From Tubulanus polymorphus (lineage: Eukaryota > Animalia > Nemertea): a stretch of DNA of 64,000 nt. The stretch lies in NCBI RefSeq assembly GCF_964204645.1, contig NC_134030.1, forward strand, positions 1,099,355 through 1,163,354, written 5' to 3'. The position numbers and the translations under genes are program-made. Every line of letters begins with the position of its first letter. Position 1 is the first letter of the stretch. This document shows positions 13,405 to 26,609 of this stretch, in pieces. Under the pieces are notes generated by a model. The model worked only from the letters and a program-made list of their open reading frames with translations, was not told where the DNA came from and ran no database searches.

Positions 13405-14377
13405 TACCAAAACAGCTTTTAGCTGGTGAAAACCTACCCCCCATCGGGGTTAAACATGATCAAGCTATTATTCTAGGAATATAACTGTTGCAAGGGAAGT
13501 TAAGATTCATTATATCCTAAACTTGATACAAAGAGATTATTGCTAATTATGAATTTCAAGGGTTTAAAAACTGATTTAAAAATCTTGAAAGACGCTCGGT
13601 CTCACTAGAGATTTTCATCTTAAAGATTTATTGTCCTCTTACTATTGTTTAGGTGATCTATAATTTGGTAAATGCTGCTGTTGGAAAGATGCCAGAAGAA
13701 AGTTGATTCGTGCACATCTTCACTTCACGTATTTATTGCACAAGGCGCCGACTTGCACCTGCACTACACCATTCACACTTCACCACTTCTGCATCTTTAT
13801 CAATTAATTCTGGCATCTATTTGAAAATTACTTTAAACATCAGATCTCAAACTGAAACATTGAGGTATTGAATTTCAAACTGAAATATCGAGCTATCGAA
13901 TCTCGATCTCAAATGTTTACTGGAAGCCATATTTGATGTTGTATTATTCATCATAGATTGTTTAGTGTTTTCTGGCATATGCGGGCCATTTAAGATGGTC
14001 AGATAAATTCCCCGGTGGAAATATATCTCGTGGAAGAGTCATGGAAATGAAAAATATCTTATGTAGATGTGAAGTTAGGAACCTTGCAACAGTTATTCCA
14101 CCTGAGGATAATTTGATATAAGATGAATCAGTTATTGGATCATTTAACTGAAGCCAAATATAGTGAAAAATCTTAGTAAAAATTTGTCTCAAACTACAAT
14201 TGAAAGGACTTATCACAGTTCTAATTCGACTCTAGGTGCGTTCAGAAGAACTTCTTAACAGTGAAAAAACTTGACTAAAAATCAGGAATCGACCCTGTTC
14301 ATTGATAAGATTTGATCTTTATTTGAAGATTAAGAATCAAACTCGCTAATTCACAATTTTTGGTAGTAAATACTGTT

Positions 14378-14584
14378 GATCCATCATATTCGCAGCCCCC
14401 CGTGGGCTTACCAATCCATCATACGTGCAGCCACCTTGCGCTTACCAGTCTATCATACTCGCAGCCCCAGTGGGCTTTTCGATCCATCATACGTGCAGCC
14501 CCCGTGGGCTTACCAGTCCATCATACTCGCAGCCCCAGTGGGCTTATCAATCCATCATACGCGCAGCCCCCTTGGGCTTATCAA
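14378..14584. repeat. ~35-bp tandem repeat (atccatcatacgcgcagcccccgtgggcttacca), ~6 units; copy B 48338-48544
   Basis: Diverged direct repeats. Confidence 0.88.
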
Positions 14585-15469
14585 TGAGAAACATTCAGAC
14601 ATAGTAACCGTTTTACTCGTGCTTTTCAACGACACCGTCTTATCACTCTGTAGAACGGCGATCGCAGCGTGAAATTTGTAATCGTATTTCTCCGCTGAAT
14701 TTGAATATTTGATACGCGACGCGCGTGATTGAAGCTTTGTTTATGTTCGTGCTTGCCGCGATGAATTGTCATAAATATATCCTCCGTACAGGAGGACCAT
14801 GAAAAGGTTTGAAGGGATCCCTAGTTAGCGCTTGTCCAGGTTTGGCTCTGGACCCGCTTGTTCGACTAGGCATCTTGTTGGAAATTTTGTCGACTGAAAC
14901 TTCCGTAACTTTCGTTTTAGACCTCGCTGCTCGAAGAGCCGTTGCTGCGTCGGTTACTGTCATGCTTCGGCACAATTTTGAACGATTGTTGGAAACCGCC
15001 TTGTTCTTCTGCTGCAGATGTTGACTGTGTCGTACCCACAGTAAAGTAGCCATCTTAAATTCAAATAGTTTCGGACATTTGAGGTCCTCATCAACTCCGA
15101 GTCTTCATTCAACTGCAGTTACTGCCATTTGCCAGTGTCTGATGTAGAAGTTCTGACTTGACATTTTGATTTTCAGAATTAAAACCTTTTTTCTATTAAA
15201 GAAATTAGATATTGGTTAAAAAGAAATTAGATATTGGTTAAAAAACAAGTGAATAATTGTTTGTATGAAAAAAGAAAATCATGTTAGAAAAAAATATAGA
15301 TGTGAAAAAATATAGATGTAAGAAAAAAAAAGTATATTGTAAATCGACGAGACGACAGAACCAGCATCAGCAACAACAACATCAGAGGAAGCAGTAACCA
15401 GTTATTTATCAGCTCCATAAATTACTGAAACGAAATCCACAACTCGGAAACCAACCACACTCAACTCTA

Positions 15470-17130
15470 GAATTGTTCATACAACTGTCAACATGGAGTT
15501 CATCTCACAAGCAAATAAGGTAATTATCTTATGAAATTGTATGAATTGCCAATTTAACATTTTTGCATTTCAAGTAGGTGTAATTGAATGTTTGTCAACC
15601 TTACTCTTATAAAACTGTGTTAACCGTTGAACAGGATTCTAAGACTGTGCAGAAAACCCGTTATCGCTGCTTTGCACCTATAATTATCTGATAAATTAGT
15701 ATGGAATGCCAATTTTACATTTTTGCATTTAAGTTTAAGTGAGTTTAAAATCACGTTTCATTTGTTGTTTATTTTGTCTTTTCAGTTTTCAATTTGCCGA
15801 GGTCAGTCGTCAAAAACTGTTACAACGGAAACTGAGATAACAAAGACTTGATTTGGCAAAGATTGAAGAAATCCTGCGAAAAGATTATTCATGAATTGTT
15901 CATACAACTGTAAACATGGAGTTCATCTCACAAGCAAATTAGGTAATTATCTTATGATTTTGTATGAAATGCTAATTTTTACTCGTTAATTTTTTACAAA
16001 TAAGTTGACTTTGAAATCTTTATTAATTTCTTGTTTATTTTGTTTTTTCAGTTTTCAATTTGCCGAGATCAGTCATCAAAAACTGTTACAACGGAAACTA
16101 AGATAACAAAGACTTGATTTGGCAAAGATTGAAGAAATCCTGCGAAAAGCTTATTCATGAATTGTTCATACAACTGTCAACATGGAGTTCATCTCACAAG
16201 CAAATTAGGTAGTTATCTTATGATTTTGTATGAAATGCTAATTTTTACTCGTTAATTTTTTACAAATAAGTTGACTTTGAAATCTTTATTAATTTCTTGT
16301 TTATTTTGTTTTTTCAGTTTTCAATTTGCCGAGATCAGTCATCAAAAACTGTTACAACGGAAACTAAGATAACAAAGACTTGATTTGGCAAAGATTGAAG
16401 AAATCCTGCGAAAAGCTTATTCATGAATTGTTCATACAACTGTCAACATGGAGTTCATCTCACAAGCAAATTAGGTAGTTATCTTAGGATTTTGTATGAA
16501 ATGCTAATTTTTACTCGTTAATTTTTTACAAATAAGTTGACTTTGAAATCTTTATTAATTTCTTGTTTATTTTGTTTTTTCAGTTTTCAATTTGCCGAGA
16601 TCAGTCATAAAAAAACTGTTACAACGGAAACTAAGATAACAAAGACTTGATTTGGCAAAGATTGAAGAAATCCTGCGAAGAGATTATTCAAGAATTGTTC
16701 ATACAACTGTCAACATGGAGTTCATCTCACAAGCAAATTAGGTAATTATCTTATGGTTTTGTATGAAATGCTAATTTTACATTTTTGCATTTAAGTTTAA
16801 ATGAGTTTAAAATCACGTTTCATTTGCTGTTTATTTTGTCTTTTCAGTTTTCAATTTGCCGAGATCAATCGTCAGAAAACTGTTTCAACGGAAACTAAGA
16901 TAACAAAGACTTGATTTGGCAAAGATTGAAGAAATCCTGCGAAAAGCTTATTCATGAATTGTTCATACAACTGTCAACATGGAGTTTATCTCACAAGCAA
17001 ATTAGGTAATTATCTTATGATTTTGTATGAAATGCTAAATTTTACTCGTTATTTTTTTACTAATAAGTTGACTTTGAAATCTTTATTTATTTCTTGTTTA
17101 TTTTGTCTTTTCAGTTTTGAATTTGCCGAG
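15470..17130 (+). repeat. ~266-bp tandem repeat made of an exon-like segment plus an intron-like segment (6 donor/acceptor pairs)
   Basis: AG|GTAATT or GTAGTT donors at 15520, 15943, 16209, 16475, 16742, 17006; ttttcAG acceptors at 15785, 16051, 16317, 16583, 16847, 17114. Confidence 0.85.
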
Positions 17131-17229
17131 ATTCACATGTAGCAGATATAATGGAATTAAGTATTGAGAACCGCAACTTAACAATAAACCGGATCAACTT
17201 AATATAGTGCTGAGGACCAAAAATAAAGG

Positions 17230-18060
17230 ATAAACCCGACCAGTGTAATTCAGTGTCGAGAACCGCAGTTAAACGATGAACCCGACCAGTGTAATTCAGT
17301 GTCGAGAACCGCAGTTAAACGATGAACCCGACCAGTGTAATTCAGTGTCGAGAACCGCAGTTAAACGATGAACCCGACCAGTGTAATTCAGTGTCGAGAA
17401 CCGCAGTTAAACGATGAACCCGACCAGTGTAATTCAGTGTCGAGAACCGCAGTTAAACGATGAACCCGACCAGTGTAATTCAGTATTGAGAACCACAATT
17501 AAACGATGAACCGGACCAGTGTAATTCAGTGTCGAGAACCACAATTAAACGATGAACCGGACCAGTGTAATTCAGTGTCCAGAGCTGCAGTTAAACAATG
17601 AACCGGACCAGTGTAATTCAGTGTCGAGAACTGCAGTTAAACGATGAACCCGACCAGTGTAATTCAGTATTGAGAACCACAATTAAACGATGAACCGGAC
17701 CAGTGTAATTCAGTGTCCAGAGCCGCAGTTAAACAATGAACCGGACCAGTGTAATTCAGTGTCGAGAACCGCAATTAAACGATGAACCGGACCAGTGTAA
17801 TTCAGTGTCGAGAACCACAATTAAACGATGAACCGGACCAGTGTAATTCAGTGTCGAGAACCGCAATTAAACGATGAACCGGACCAGTGTAATTAAGTGT
17901 CGAGAACCACAATTAAACGATGAACCGGACCAGTGTAATTAAGTGTCGAGAACCACAATTAAACGATAAACCGGTCCAGTGTAATTCAGTGTCGAGAACC
18001 GTAATTAAACGATGAACCGGACCAGTGTAATTCAGTTTCGCAATAACCGCAATAAAACGA
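17230..18060. repeat. 46-bp satellite, ~18 units (~12 units at 51606-52160)
   Basis: ccgaccagtgtaattcagtgtcgagaaccgcagttaaacgatgaac. Confidence 0.96.
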
Positions 18061-18227
18061 TAATCTGGAGTTGTAATAGTGTTGTGTATTTGCGTAGTGG
18101 ATCAAGTGGAAGGATTTTAAGTGTATTTGGTGACTTTAATTCGTTCGCATCCAACAGAATCAACAAAGACATTACAAAAAACGACAAAAAATGATTGAAT
18201 GTAAATGCATTGAATTTAGGTTTGATG

Positions 18228-19205
18228 ATCAAGATAATCACTGATCAAGATTGACAGTTATAATCCATAATTGTTGAACTTGATCAGAGATTTTCAAGAT
18301 CGATTTTAAGGTGATTCAGAAGTTTAAATCTGATGTTTTAATCTCTGGGACTCAGATATTAAATCAATAGATTTTTACTGCTGAATGATCTTCATGTACA
18401 GATGAGCTACAATTGTTCCTAGTGTGTTCTGTTAAGACTGATTAAAGGGTGGAAAAACTTGACTCAAATTCAAATTGAGTCGAGTTTTTCCAAGATAATC
18501 TCTGATCAAGATCGGCAGTTACTGGTATAATCCACAATTGTTGAACTTGATTGGTGATTTTCAAGGTCTGTTTTAAGGTGATTCACAAGTTTAAATCTGA
18601 TGTTTGAATCTCTGGGTTCCAGATATTAAATCAATAGATTTTTACTGCTGAATGACCTTCGTGTTCAGATAAGCTACATTTGTTCCTAGTGTGCTGTTAA
18701 GAAAGGGTGGAAAAACTTGACCCAAATTCAAATTGAGTCGAGTTTTTCCAAGATAATCTCTGATCAAGATCGGCAGTTATAATCCATAATTGTTGAACTT
18801 GATTGGAGATTTTCGAGAACTGTTTTTAAGGTGATTCAGAAGTGTGAATCTGATGTTTTAATCTCTGGGTTTCAGAGATTAAATCAATAGGTTTTAACTT
18901 CTGAATCACTTCGGGTTTAGGTAAGTTAAAGTGTTTCCTATTGTAATCTGTTAAACTGATTAAAGGGTGGAAAAACTTGATTCAAATTAATAATCTGAAT
19001 CAAGTTTTCCAATGATAATCCGCGATCAAGTTCGGCAGTTATAATTCATAACTGTTGAACTCAATTCACAATTAAATGAACTTTTTTAAGGTGATTCAGA
19101 AGTATAAATCTGATGTTTTAATCTCTGGGTTTCAGAGATTAAATCAATAGGCTTTACTTCTGAATCACTGTTAGGTTTTGATAAGTTGTAAGTTGTTCCT
19201 ATTGT
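18228..19205. repeat. ~250-bp diverged tandem repeat with internal inverted repeat, ~4 units (~5 at 52328-53555)
   Basis: Units contain ggaaaaacttgactcaa..ttgagtcgagtttttcc. Confidence 0.88.
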
Positions 19206-19854
19206 TTAATGAATTGGTAGAAATTCTATTTTTAGGTGACAGGTCAAATAGATTAGAACAGTAATTTATGCAGAGGTTGAATTAATTTAATGTTTGATAT
19301 ACCAAAGAATGGTTTATTGTGAAGATTTAATTAAAATCTTAAATAAAGAGTTGTTCAATTTCATAAATGTTTTGTTTTCGATGAAGTTTTTTCATTTTCT
19401 GGATTTGAGGAATTTGACTTTAAACACATCGGTGGATTCAGCACAGTTCTGTGGACACAGTTTTGGGACCGAGACCTGGAGACACAGCTCAAGACCCAGT
19501 TACAAGTTCAACTGGACTCCATCCCAAAAAACCCTGGGCCCTTCAAACCTTTAAGTAAGATGCTCACTTACAGATTCATAAAATTGACCCTTATTATCTT
19601 GTCATCTGCAGCACCATCTCAGAGGCTTAAACCAAGAATTTCTTGTAATGTTCAACAAATGTGAATTACATTAAGTAATTTTTGAGATCGACTTATTACC
19701 ACCAGTATTGAGTTTTTTCTAAATCACAGTCTACTTATTTTATATTCATCCACGATTTCATAGCTCTTTAACTATTCAACCCTTTCCCTGATGGGCCCTG
19801 GCCCCAATTGCTGAACCCAGTTCTCCAAGTCTAACTTCTGGGTTTAATGGTTTA

Positions 19855-19971
19855 TCAGAGAATTAATGGATTAATTGGAAATAATCTAACAATCAATAAA
19901 GTTGTTCTTTTTTGATACGGGCTAGACGTTGAGGGGCCCGCGCCCCGGGTTTTCTTTAAAGCTTTTGGCAT
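19855..19971 (-). pseudogene. Inverted paralog of the first coding exon (MPKALKKTRGAGPSTSSPYQK..., 38-aa ORF); pseudogene or short gene
   Basis: 18/21 aa identical to 29677-29739, same acceptor context. The donor is absent and the frame runs on to TGA at 19855. Confidence 0.8.
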
Positions 19972-20042
19972 TATCTAGAAAAACAAGTAAAAATATTAAA
20001 TCATTTGAAAATATATCAGTCAGTCTTATTCTGGTTCAGTGA

Positions 20043-21031
20043 ACTAATTCTCTATATGGTGCATGTAGGGGTCCGGGAACACAACATCCACTAATTCTCT
20101 ATATGGTGCATGTAGGGGTCCAGGGACACCACATCCACTAATTCTCTATATGGTGCATGTAGGGGTCCAGGGACACGACATCCACTAATTCTCTATATGG
20201 TGCATGTAGGGGTCCAGGGACACGACATCCACTAATTCTCTATATGGTGCATGTAGGGGTCCAGGGACACCACATCCACTAATTCTCTATATGGTGCATG
20301 TAGGGGTCCAGGGACACCACATCCACTAATTCTCTATATGATGCATGTAGGGGTCCAGGGACACCACATCCACTAATTCTCTATATGGTGCCTGTAGGGG
20401 TCCAGGGACACCACATCCACTAATTCTCTATATGATGCATGTAGGGGTCCAGGAACACCACATCCACTAATTCTCTATATGGTGCATGTAGGGGTCCAGG
20501 GACACCACATCCACTAATTCTCTATATGGCGCATGTAGGGGTCCAGGGACACCACATCCACTAATTCTCTATATGTGGTGCATGTAGGGGTCCAGGGACA
20601 CCACATCCACTAATTCTCTATATGGCGCATGTAGGGGTCCAGGGACACCACATCCACTAATTCTCTATATGATGCATGTAGGGGTCCAGGGACACCACAT
20701 CCACTAATTCTCTATATGGCGCATGTAGGGGTCCAGGGACACCACATCCACTAATTCTCTATATGGTGCATGTAGGGGTCCAGGGACACCACATCCACTA
20801 ATTCTCTATATGGTGCATGTAGGGGTCCAGGGACACCACATCCACTAATTCTCTATATGGCGCATGTAGGGGTCCAGGGACACCACATCCACTAATTCTC
20901 TATATGATGCATGTAGGGGTCCAGGGACACCACATCCACTAATTCTCTATATGGTGCATGTAGGGGTCCAGGAACACCACATCCACTAATTCTCTATATG
21001 GTGCATGTAGGGGTCCAGGGACACCACATCC
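20043..21031 (-). repeat. 47-bp satellite, ~21 units, inverted relative to 28086-29605 (copy B 54381-55367)
   Basis: actaattctctatatggtgcatgtaggggtccagggacaccacatcc. Confidence 0.97.
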
Positions 21032-21809
21032 TCTATTCTGTTTGGGGCATGGAGATTGCCCAGATTGCCTCTGCTAACAACAGACACCCATTCAACATTT
21101 CTCTTTATGGTACTTTCTTCTTCCTCTTTTCTCTCATTTTACAAATTGATATTCAACTATGACCTTTTTCATTTTGATATGATGTTTATCTTTACATCAT
21201 GGTTGCTGGAGATTGTACAAGGAATGACACAAGAAATAATATCCTTAGTTTTAAACTCACAGCTGTTTGCAATTCTTTCATTTAAGCACAGGTTCAATTG
21301 AAACGATGCATTCCTATACATATACGCAATCATATCTTTTTTCGAGTCATCATTCTCAGGGAAATTTGATCTCCACTCAGGTACAGTCTACTGGCTTGCC
21401 AGTTATCCTTTAACTTTTTTACAAAATTATCTTTTCAAAATGAATTACCATGAAAGCAGTAAATTTGAACTTGCCTTATCATAAGGGCTTTTTCTTTTAC
21501 TCTTTGTTTTAGCTTTAGGTATCTTTGATTTGCTGGTGGTTTTAACATGCATGTTGAGGGAGCTATATCAATCCAGGAACAGTCAGCTCACAAGCAGCCC
21601 CTGCCCAAAAGGTTTTGACGTTATATTTTCAAAAGCTCTAGTTGTTCTGTAGAACCGAGAGCGGAGCTCTGACTTGTTCCCCTCACTGCTGAGGTCTACT
21701 TTCTCTGATTCGCTGATTGGCTTCTCTTTGGTACATATTGGATGATCAAAAACTAGAAACTGTCATGCGTTTATTCATTTTGGTATATGTTAAAATTCTT
21801 TTACAGTAA

Positions 21810-22125
21810 TAGCATATTAGGCACATCAAAACAAATCCGGAATTGTCCCCGAACGAAGTGGCTCCCTCCACTCTCCATCAGTATGCCGGGCCACCACCTC
21901 TACCTCTCGGGCCACTCGATCACTCGCCAGCTTTTTGACGAGTGACCGCCCAAGATACGGATGGAGGAGCAGGACCCGCACCATCTCCAGCCCCACCACC
22001 ATCCCTCCTCGGCCGCTTCCTATTTATCCCCTCCCCTTCCTCCCGATTACCTTCGTCAGCCGCACCATCCGCCGGGACCACTCTTGCTCCTCCTCCCTGC
22101 GGAGCCACGACGACTGCAACTGGTA
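21810..22125 (-). pseudogene. Inverted, frameshifted copy of the gene's last exon
   Basis: VAVVVAPQGGGARVVPADGAADEGNREEGEGINRKRPRRDGGG matches 11113-11420. An 8-bp deletion at tcactcgt-tcactcgc shifts the frame. A further 9-bp deletion is specific to copy A. Confidence 0.9.
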
Positions 22126-23042
22126 CTTTTCGGTTTCTCATGGTTTCCCACCATCTTTCAAAAGAGAACTATCGATATATCATTAGCTACAAGGAAACTT
22201 TTCAGAAACTTTTTCAGGTCATTCTTTCTTGTATTATTAGCATTTGATTCTCTATATATCGTCAGAACATGGACTCAGAGTGTTTCTTTAATGGTTAAGA
22301 ATGTCTCTTTAACCAACATCCCCCTAGCCTGCTTCCTAAATATCCCTTCCCTTTCCTCCTGATTACCTTTGATCCCCACTGCCTAGCAGCTAACAGCTGC
22401 TGCTATTTTATCTGGTTTACATGTTTTGCAGATAGTGTCTGTTATGCTATAGTTGTTCTTTTAATCGTTTAACTTCTTCATCTGAAATTTCATTATTCTA
22501 ATTTCAGTTTCACGCAGGAAATGGTTCATGAAAATCTGCATTGAGACTGGGACGAAATGTGCATTGAGACGGATGAAATCTGCATGAACAGAGATATACT
22601 TTAAGATCCCCATTTTATCCATCGGAGTGAATGTACATCCACTACTCACAGGTAGCAAACCTACAAACGCTAAACACTCATCCCTGGGCCCTGATTCAAA
22701 AATAAAAATAAAAGATTAAATTAAGAATTAACATTTTTATGAATCAGTGATCAGTTTCATAAAATAATTCCTAAATTAATTTTAGGGGTTTATTATTTCA
22801 GATTGAAATGAATTCTTCATGTTTATGCAATTCTCATTATCTTTCATTGCAGCATTTATATATTCAATTTTAATCATACATGTGAAATATATAATGTATT
22901 TTCAGGGAAACGTAAACAAGAAAGGAAGGGAAGAAAGAGAAGGGAAGAAAGAGTTGGATGATTAATGCGCACTTATTCTCCATTCCGAATTCCTGTATTC
23001 GACTCTAGGTGATCATCATACGAACGAGATATAGAAAAAAAA

Positions 23043-23350
23043 ACATTACTGAAGTCATCTCTATTTTTTAGTCTCAATTTGTATTTCTAATTCAATTTAC
23101 TAAGTGTGTAAGTCATCATTTGGATAAGTCGTCACATTACTGAAGTCATCTCTATTTTTTAGTCTCAATTTGTATTTCTAATTCAATTTACTAAGTGTAA
23201 GTCATAATTTGGATAAATCGTCACATTACTGAAGTCATCTCTATTTTCTAGTCTCAATTTGTATTTCTAATTCAATTCACTAAGTGTGTAAGTCATCATT
23301 TGGATAAGTCGTCACATTATTGAAGTCATCTCTATTTTGAAGTCTCAATT
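23043..23350. repeat. ~91-bp tandem repeat, ~3.3 units (copy B 57387-57695)
   Basis: acattactgaagtcatctctattttttagtctcaatttg... Confidence 0.92.
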
Positions 23351-25819
23351 AGTATTCAATTTACTTCAGATAACGTAATTTGGTTTAATCACAAGTCGTC
23401 AACATTATAATCAATGTAACTACAGTGACTACATTATTGTCCTTTTATTGAGAAATTTATGTTAATTTTTGATTTCTGGGATAAATCAAAATTCAAATGT
23501 TATCATTTTTTGTATCAAAAATTGTAAAAAATTGAATAATTTGTGTGCTATTGAAACATTCAGTTATGGGGAGTTTTAAGCTCAGAAAACTTTGAGCCTG
23601 TTTATACAAGTGTTGTAACAAGTGTTGAACAATTCAAAGATCATGTTTTTTATACTTTGTCATGTTAGAAAAAATGTTTTCTAGTATATTGATGTTTCTA
23701 AAAAAACATATGATTCAACTTTAAAAGGCCAACAAGCCTTCTAATAAAACTAGTTTGTCATATATATATATATATATTACTTGGTCATTGTTAAGTTTTT
23801 TAAAAAATATTTTGGTTTTCTCAGCTTTCTCTGGTGGAAATTTCTTCGTGGAATTCCTCTTCTATACAAGTTCCTCCTCAGACTGTTTTTATGCGAGAGT
23901 TTATAACAACCGGATCCTCAGAAAATGGTCGGAGTGCCAAGTCTTCGATTTAAGATCACCAGTCTTATCTGAGACCATAAGTTCACTAGCAAGTTTCACT
24001 AGCGATTCCAACAGCTATAGGATGGAACAGTATTATTATATAGGTCACCACTGTGCAATTGAGCCCAGATCATCAGAAAAAGATAAAAGTGAAGATATGT
24101 GATGGGATTCATTGAAAATTTTGCATATATAATTAATTCATTGAACTACTTAATTTGTATGATTTATTTTTTGGGAATTTTCGAATTTGTCATCAATAAC
24201 TAGTATATATTTCTTTTCAAGTTGTGAGCGATCTAGTTCTCTGTCGACCCATTGAAAATGAATCGACTCTGAACTGTAGAACTGGACCCAGGGAGCTGAA
24301 TCTCGCGTGCCACAGCAAGATACAGAGCTCTTCAATGTCTTAACCGTCAGGTGCTGCCCCTAAACAAATCAATAGCGGTAAATCTGTGAACTAACTTATA
24401 GCTCGCTTGCCAGAGTAGAATCATAGCGAGCTGTCTAAAATCTTGAACCGTCTAGTGCTGCCCCTTAATCGATATGTATCGGAAAAGTGAATTTATTACT
24501 CGCATGCCACAGTAGTTGAGTAGTTGGAACATCATGATAGACTCGTTTTTCTGTGCAGCTATAACGGGAACTATTTCAGATCTGATAATGAATATAAACT
24601 CAGTCACAGTTCGATAAAAAAACGCCGCTGGGTGAAATTGATGTAAACAAATAATCGTGTTGAAATTGAATTTAGTTTAAGATATATTTTCGTGGTAGTT
24701 TTTATTTTCAAGCTGTTTACGTTCACTTCAAATGATGAAACGATGACACCATATTAAATACATCCCTGTTTTAGTGGGGATTTTGAGTTTTGGTCCTTTC
24801 CGTATCTTCTAGAAACATCAAGTAGAAAGGCATTAACTGAACCCTATGTCTTTAACTTCAGGAGTCTATATGGAGTTTTCGGATGCCTCTTTTCCTCACT
24901 TCTTGCATTCGTCACTATTAGAAATCCGGACAAACTGAATTCAGTTCGACGAGGCCGAAGAACAGAAGACCAAAGAGTGATCTGCACTAGCCGCAGGGTT
25001 CGTGTTGGCTTGGATCGGTGGGAGGCAATCAAACCCCGACACGTGAACCTGTATCCTCAAAAATGGATACCGGAACGCTTCTCTGGTTTACGATGATTAG
25101 TCTGCAGGGATAACTCTTTGGCGGGGCGTGATCGCGTGAATAGCCCAAACTAAACCTTCAGAGTTCACTGTACTACAGCATACAACATCTGATAACTTGC
25201 ATAATAAAGCGCGGCGTGCATGAAAAGAATTGTATAAATGCGGGCAAGATTCCGTGCCCTGGCAATCGAACGCCGGAGTGGAGGTATTCCATACACTGGT
25301 AGGTGAGTCGGAGCATAGACTGGTTGCTCGTCCCATAGAGACCGGTAACCAGTCTAGCCACCTCACGATCAGTCTACATTGAAAAACCATTACTGAAATA
25401 TGGTTGACGGAAATATTCATTTTATATCAGATTCTAAAATATTTTCTCGTATTGAATACAAAATTTTTATTATCTTAATAAGATAAATCTGCCAAAGCTC
25501 AACAATTTAAATTAGTGAAAACCGATGTGCGAAGTCGTCAATTCAGTAGCCCGATAGAGCCCGGTAACCAGTCTAACTGTCAATGTTCATTGCGCGGGAA
25601 TGAACGGGCAACTAGTCTACGATGAAAAATCATTTCTGAAAAATTATGAACGGAGATATTCATTTAACTTTGAATTTTGAATTATCTTATAAAACTGACA
25701 GCCATATTAACCAAAGTATTAATAGTAAATCTGATAAAATCTAATACTGGTTTTAGAATAGGTGAAAACTGATTTATGTGAAGCCGTCGGTTCAGAAGAC
25801 TGATCCGTAGAATCGTTCG

Positions 25820-25983
25820 CCACTTTCTTCCGGTCCACTAACTTCCGCGTTTGTGATTTGCATACAAGTAGTTTGAATGTTAAATGTATTAAGCCGCGTG
25901 TTGATTGGTTGAGGTCAGTGCGGTTTACTGAACGATAACCAGCTGTCAGCTGATCGAATCATTCGTTTCACAGACATTACGAC
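25820..25983 (+). promoter_or_regulatory. Putative promoter and non-coding first exon of the 340-aa gene
   Basis: ETS-like CTTCCGG (25827), octamer ATTTGCAT (25856), reverse CCAAT (25903), TCAGT Inr-like (25915), then a strong donor GAC|GTAAGT at 25984 with no upstream ATG. The next good acceptor seen is 29673. Confidence 0.5.
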
Positions 25984-26609
25984 GTAAGTATATTTTACAT
26001 CTTTGATCAAAAATTGTAGTGTAAAAAACTCAAAACTAAGGCCTCTATAAATGATCGATTGACTTTAAATGATTACTTTAGCACAGCTCTTGTAGACAAT
26101 GATTAGGTGTTATAGTAGTTTAGCTCGAAAGTGCACATATAAGGTTAATTTTCATCCGTTATTTAGAGACCGAGGTATTGAGCGTCCATTTCAGCCCTTA
26201 AAACATCATCAACCTACCTCAAACTGACGGTTTTTAAATCCAGCAATAGTTACCTAACTATTGACTCATCATGGATTCGATTCAAAAACAATTTGAGTGA
26301 TCATAGTGATTCGAAACGTTTGAATTTTTGAAAAACACGAATGCTAAACGACGGATCCGGACTTCGATTGCGGCCCAATGGCAGAGTTGATTTTCTTATT
26401 TGGAATTTGAAGATATAAATCAGTGAAATCAATTGGTTTTCTCAACCAAAATTAAAATTAAGAAGAATTTAGGATGGAGATGTTTGATTTTCATTTTGTC
26501 TAAAATGCCGACTTAAAAATTAATTCAATTGAATCAAATTAATGAATTCATCATTTCACGATATTAGGCCTATAGATAATCAAAGTGTGAATATGAAATC
26601 ACCTTTTCA

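Noticed and set aside
20043-21031. Regular 46/47/63-bp arrays as CRISPR arrays
   Set aside because: No unique spacers, no cas genes, and a eukaryotic context.
22906-24102. Possible + strand exons at 22906 and 23825 (ORF 23755-24102)
   Set aside because: Acceptor-like sites exist, but no consistent donors, no joinable frame and no recognisable product.
24850-25420. GC-richer segment with short ORFs on both strands
   Set aside because: No recognisable motif, and the start of ORF 25097-25420 is deleted in copy B.
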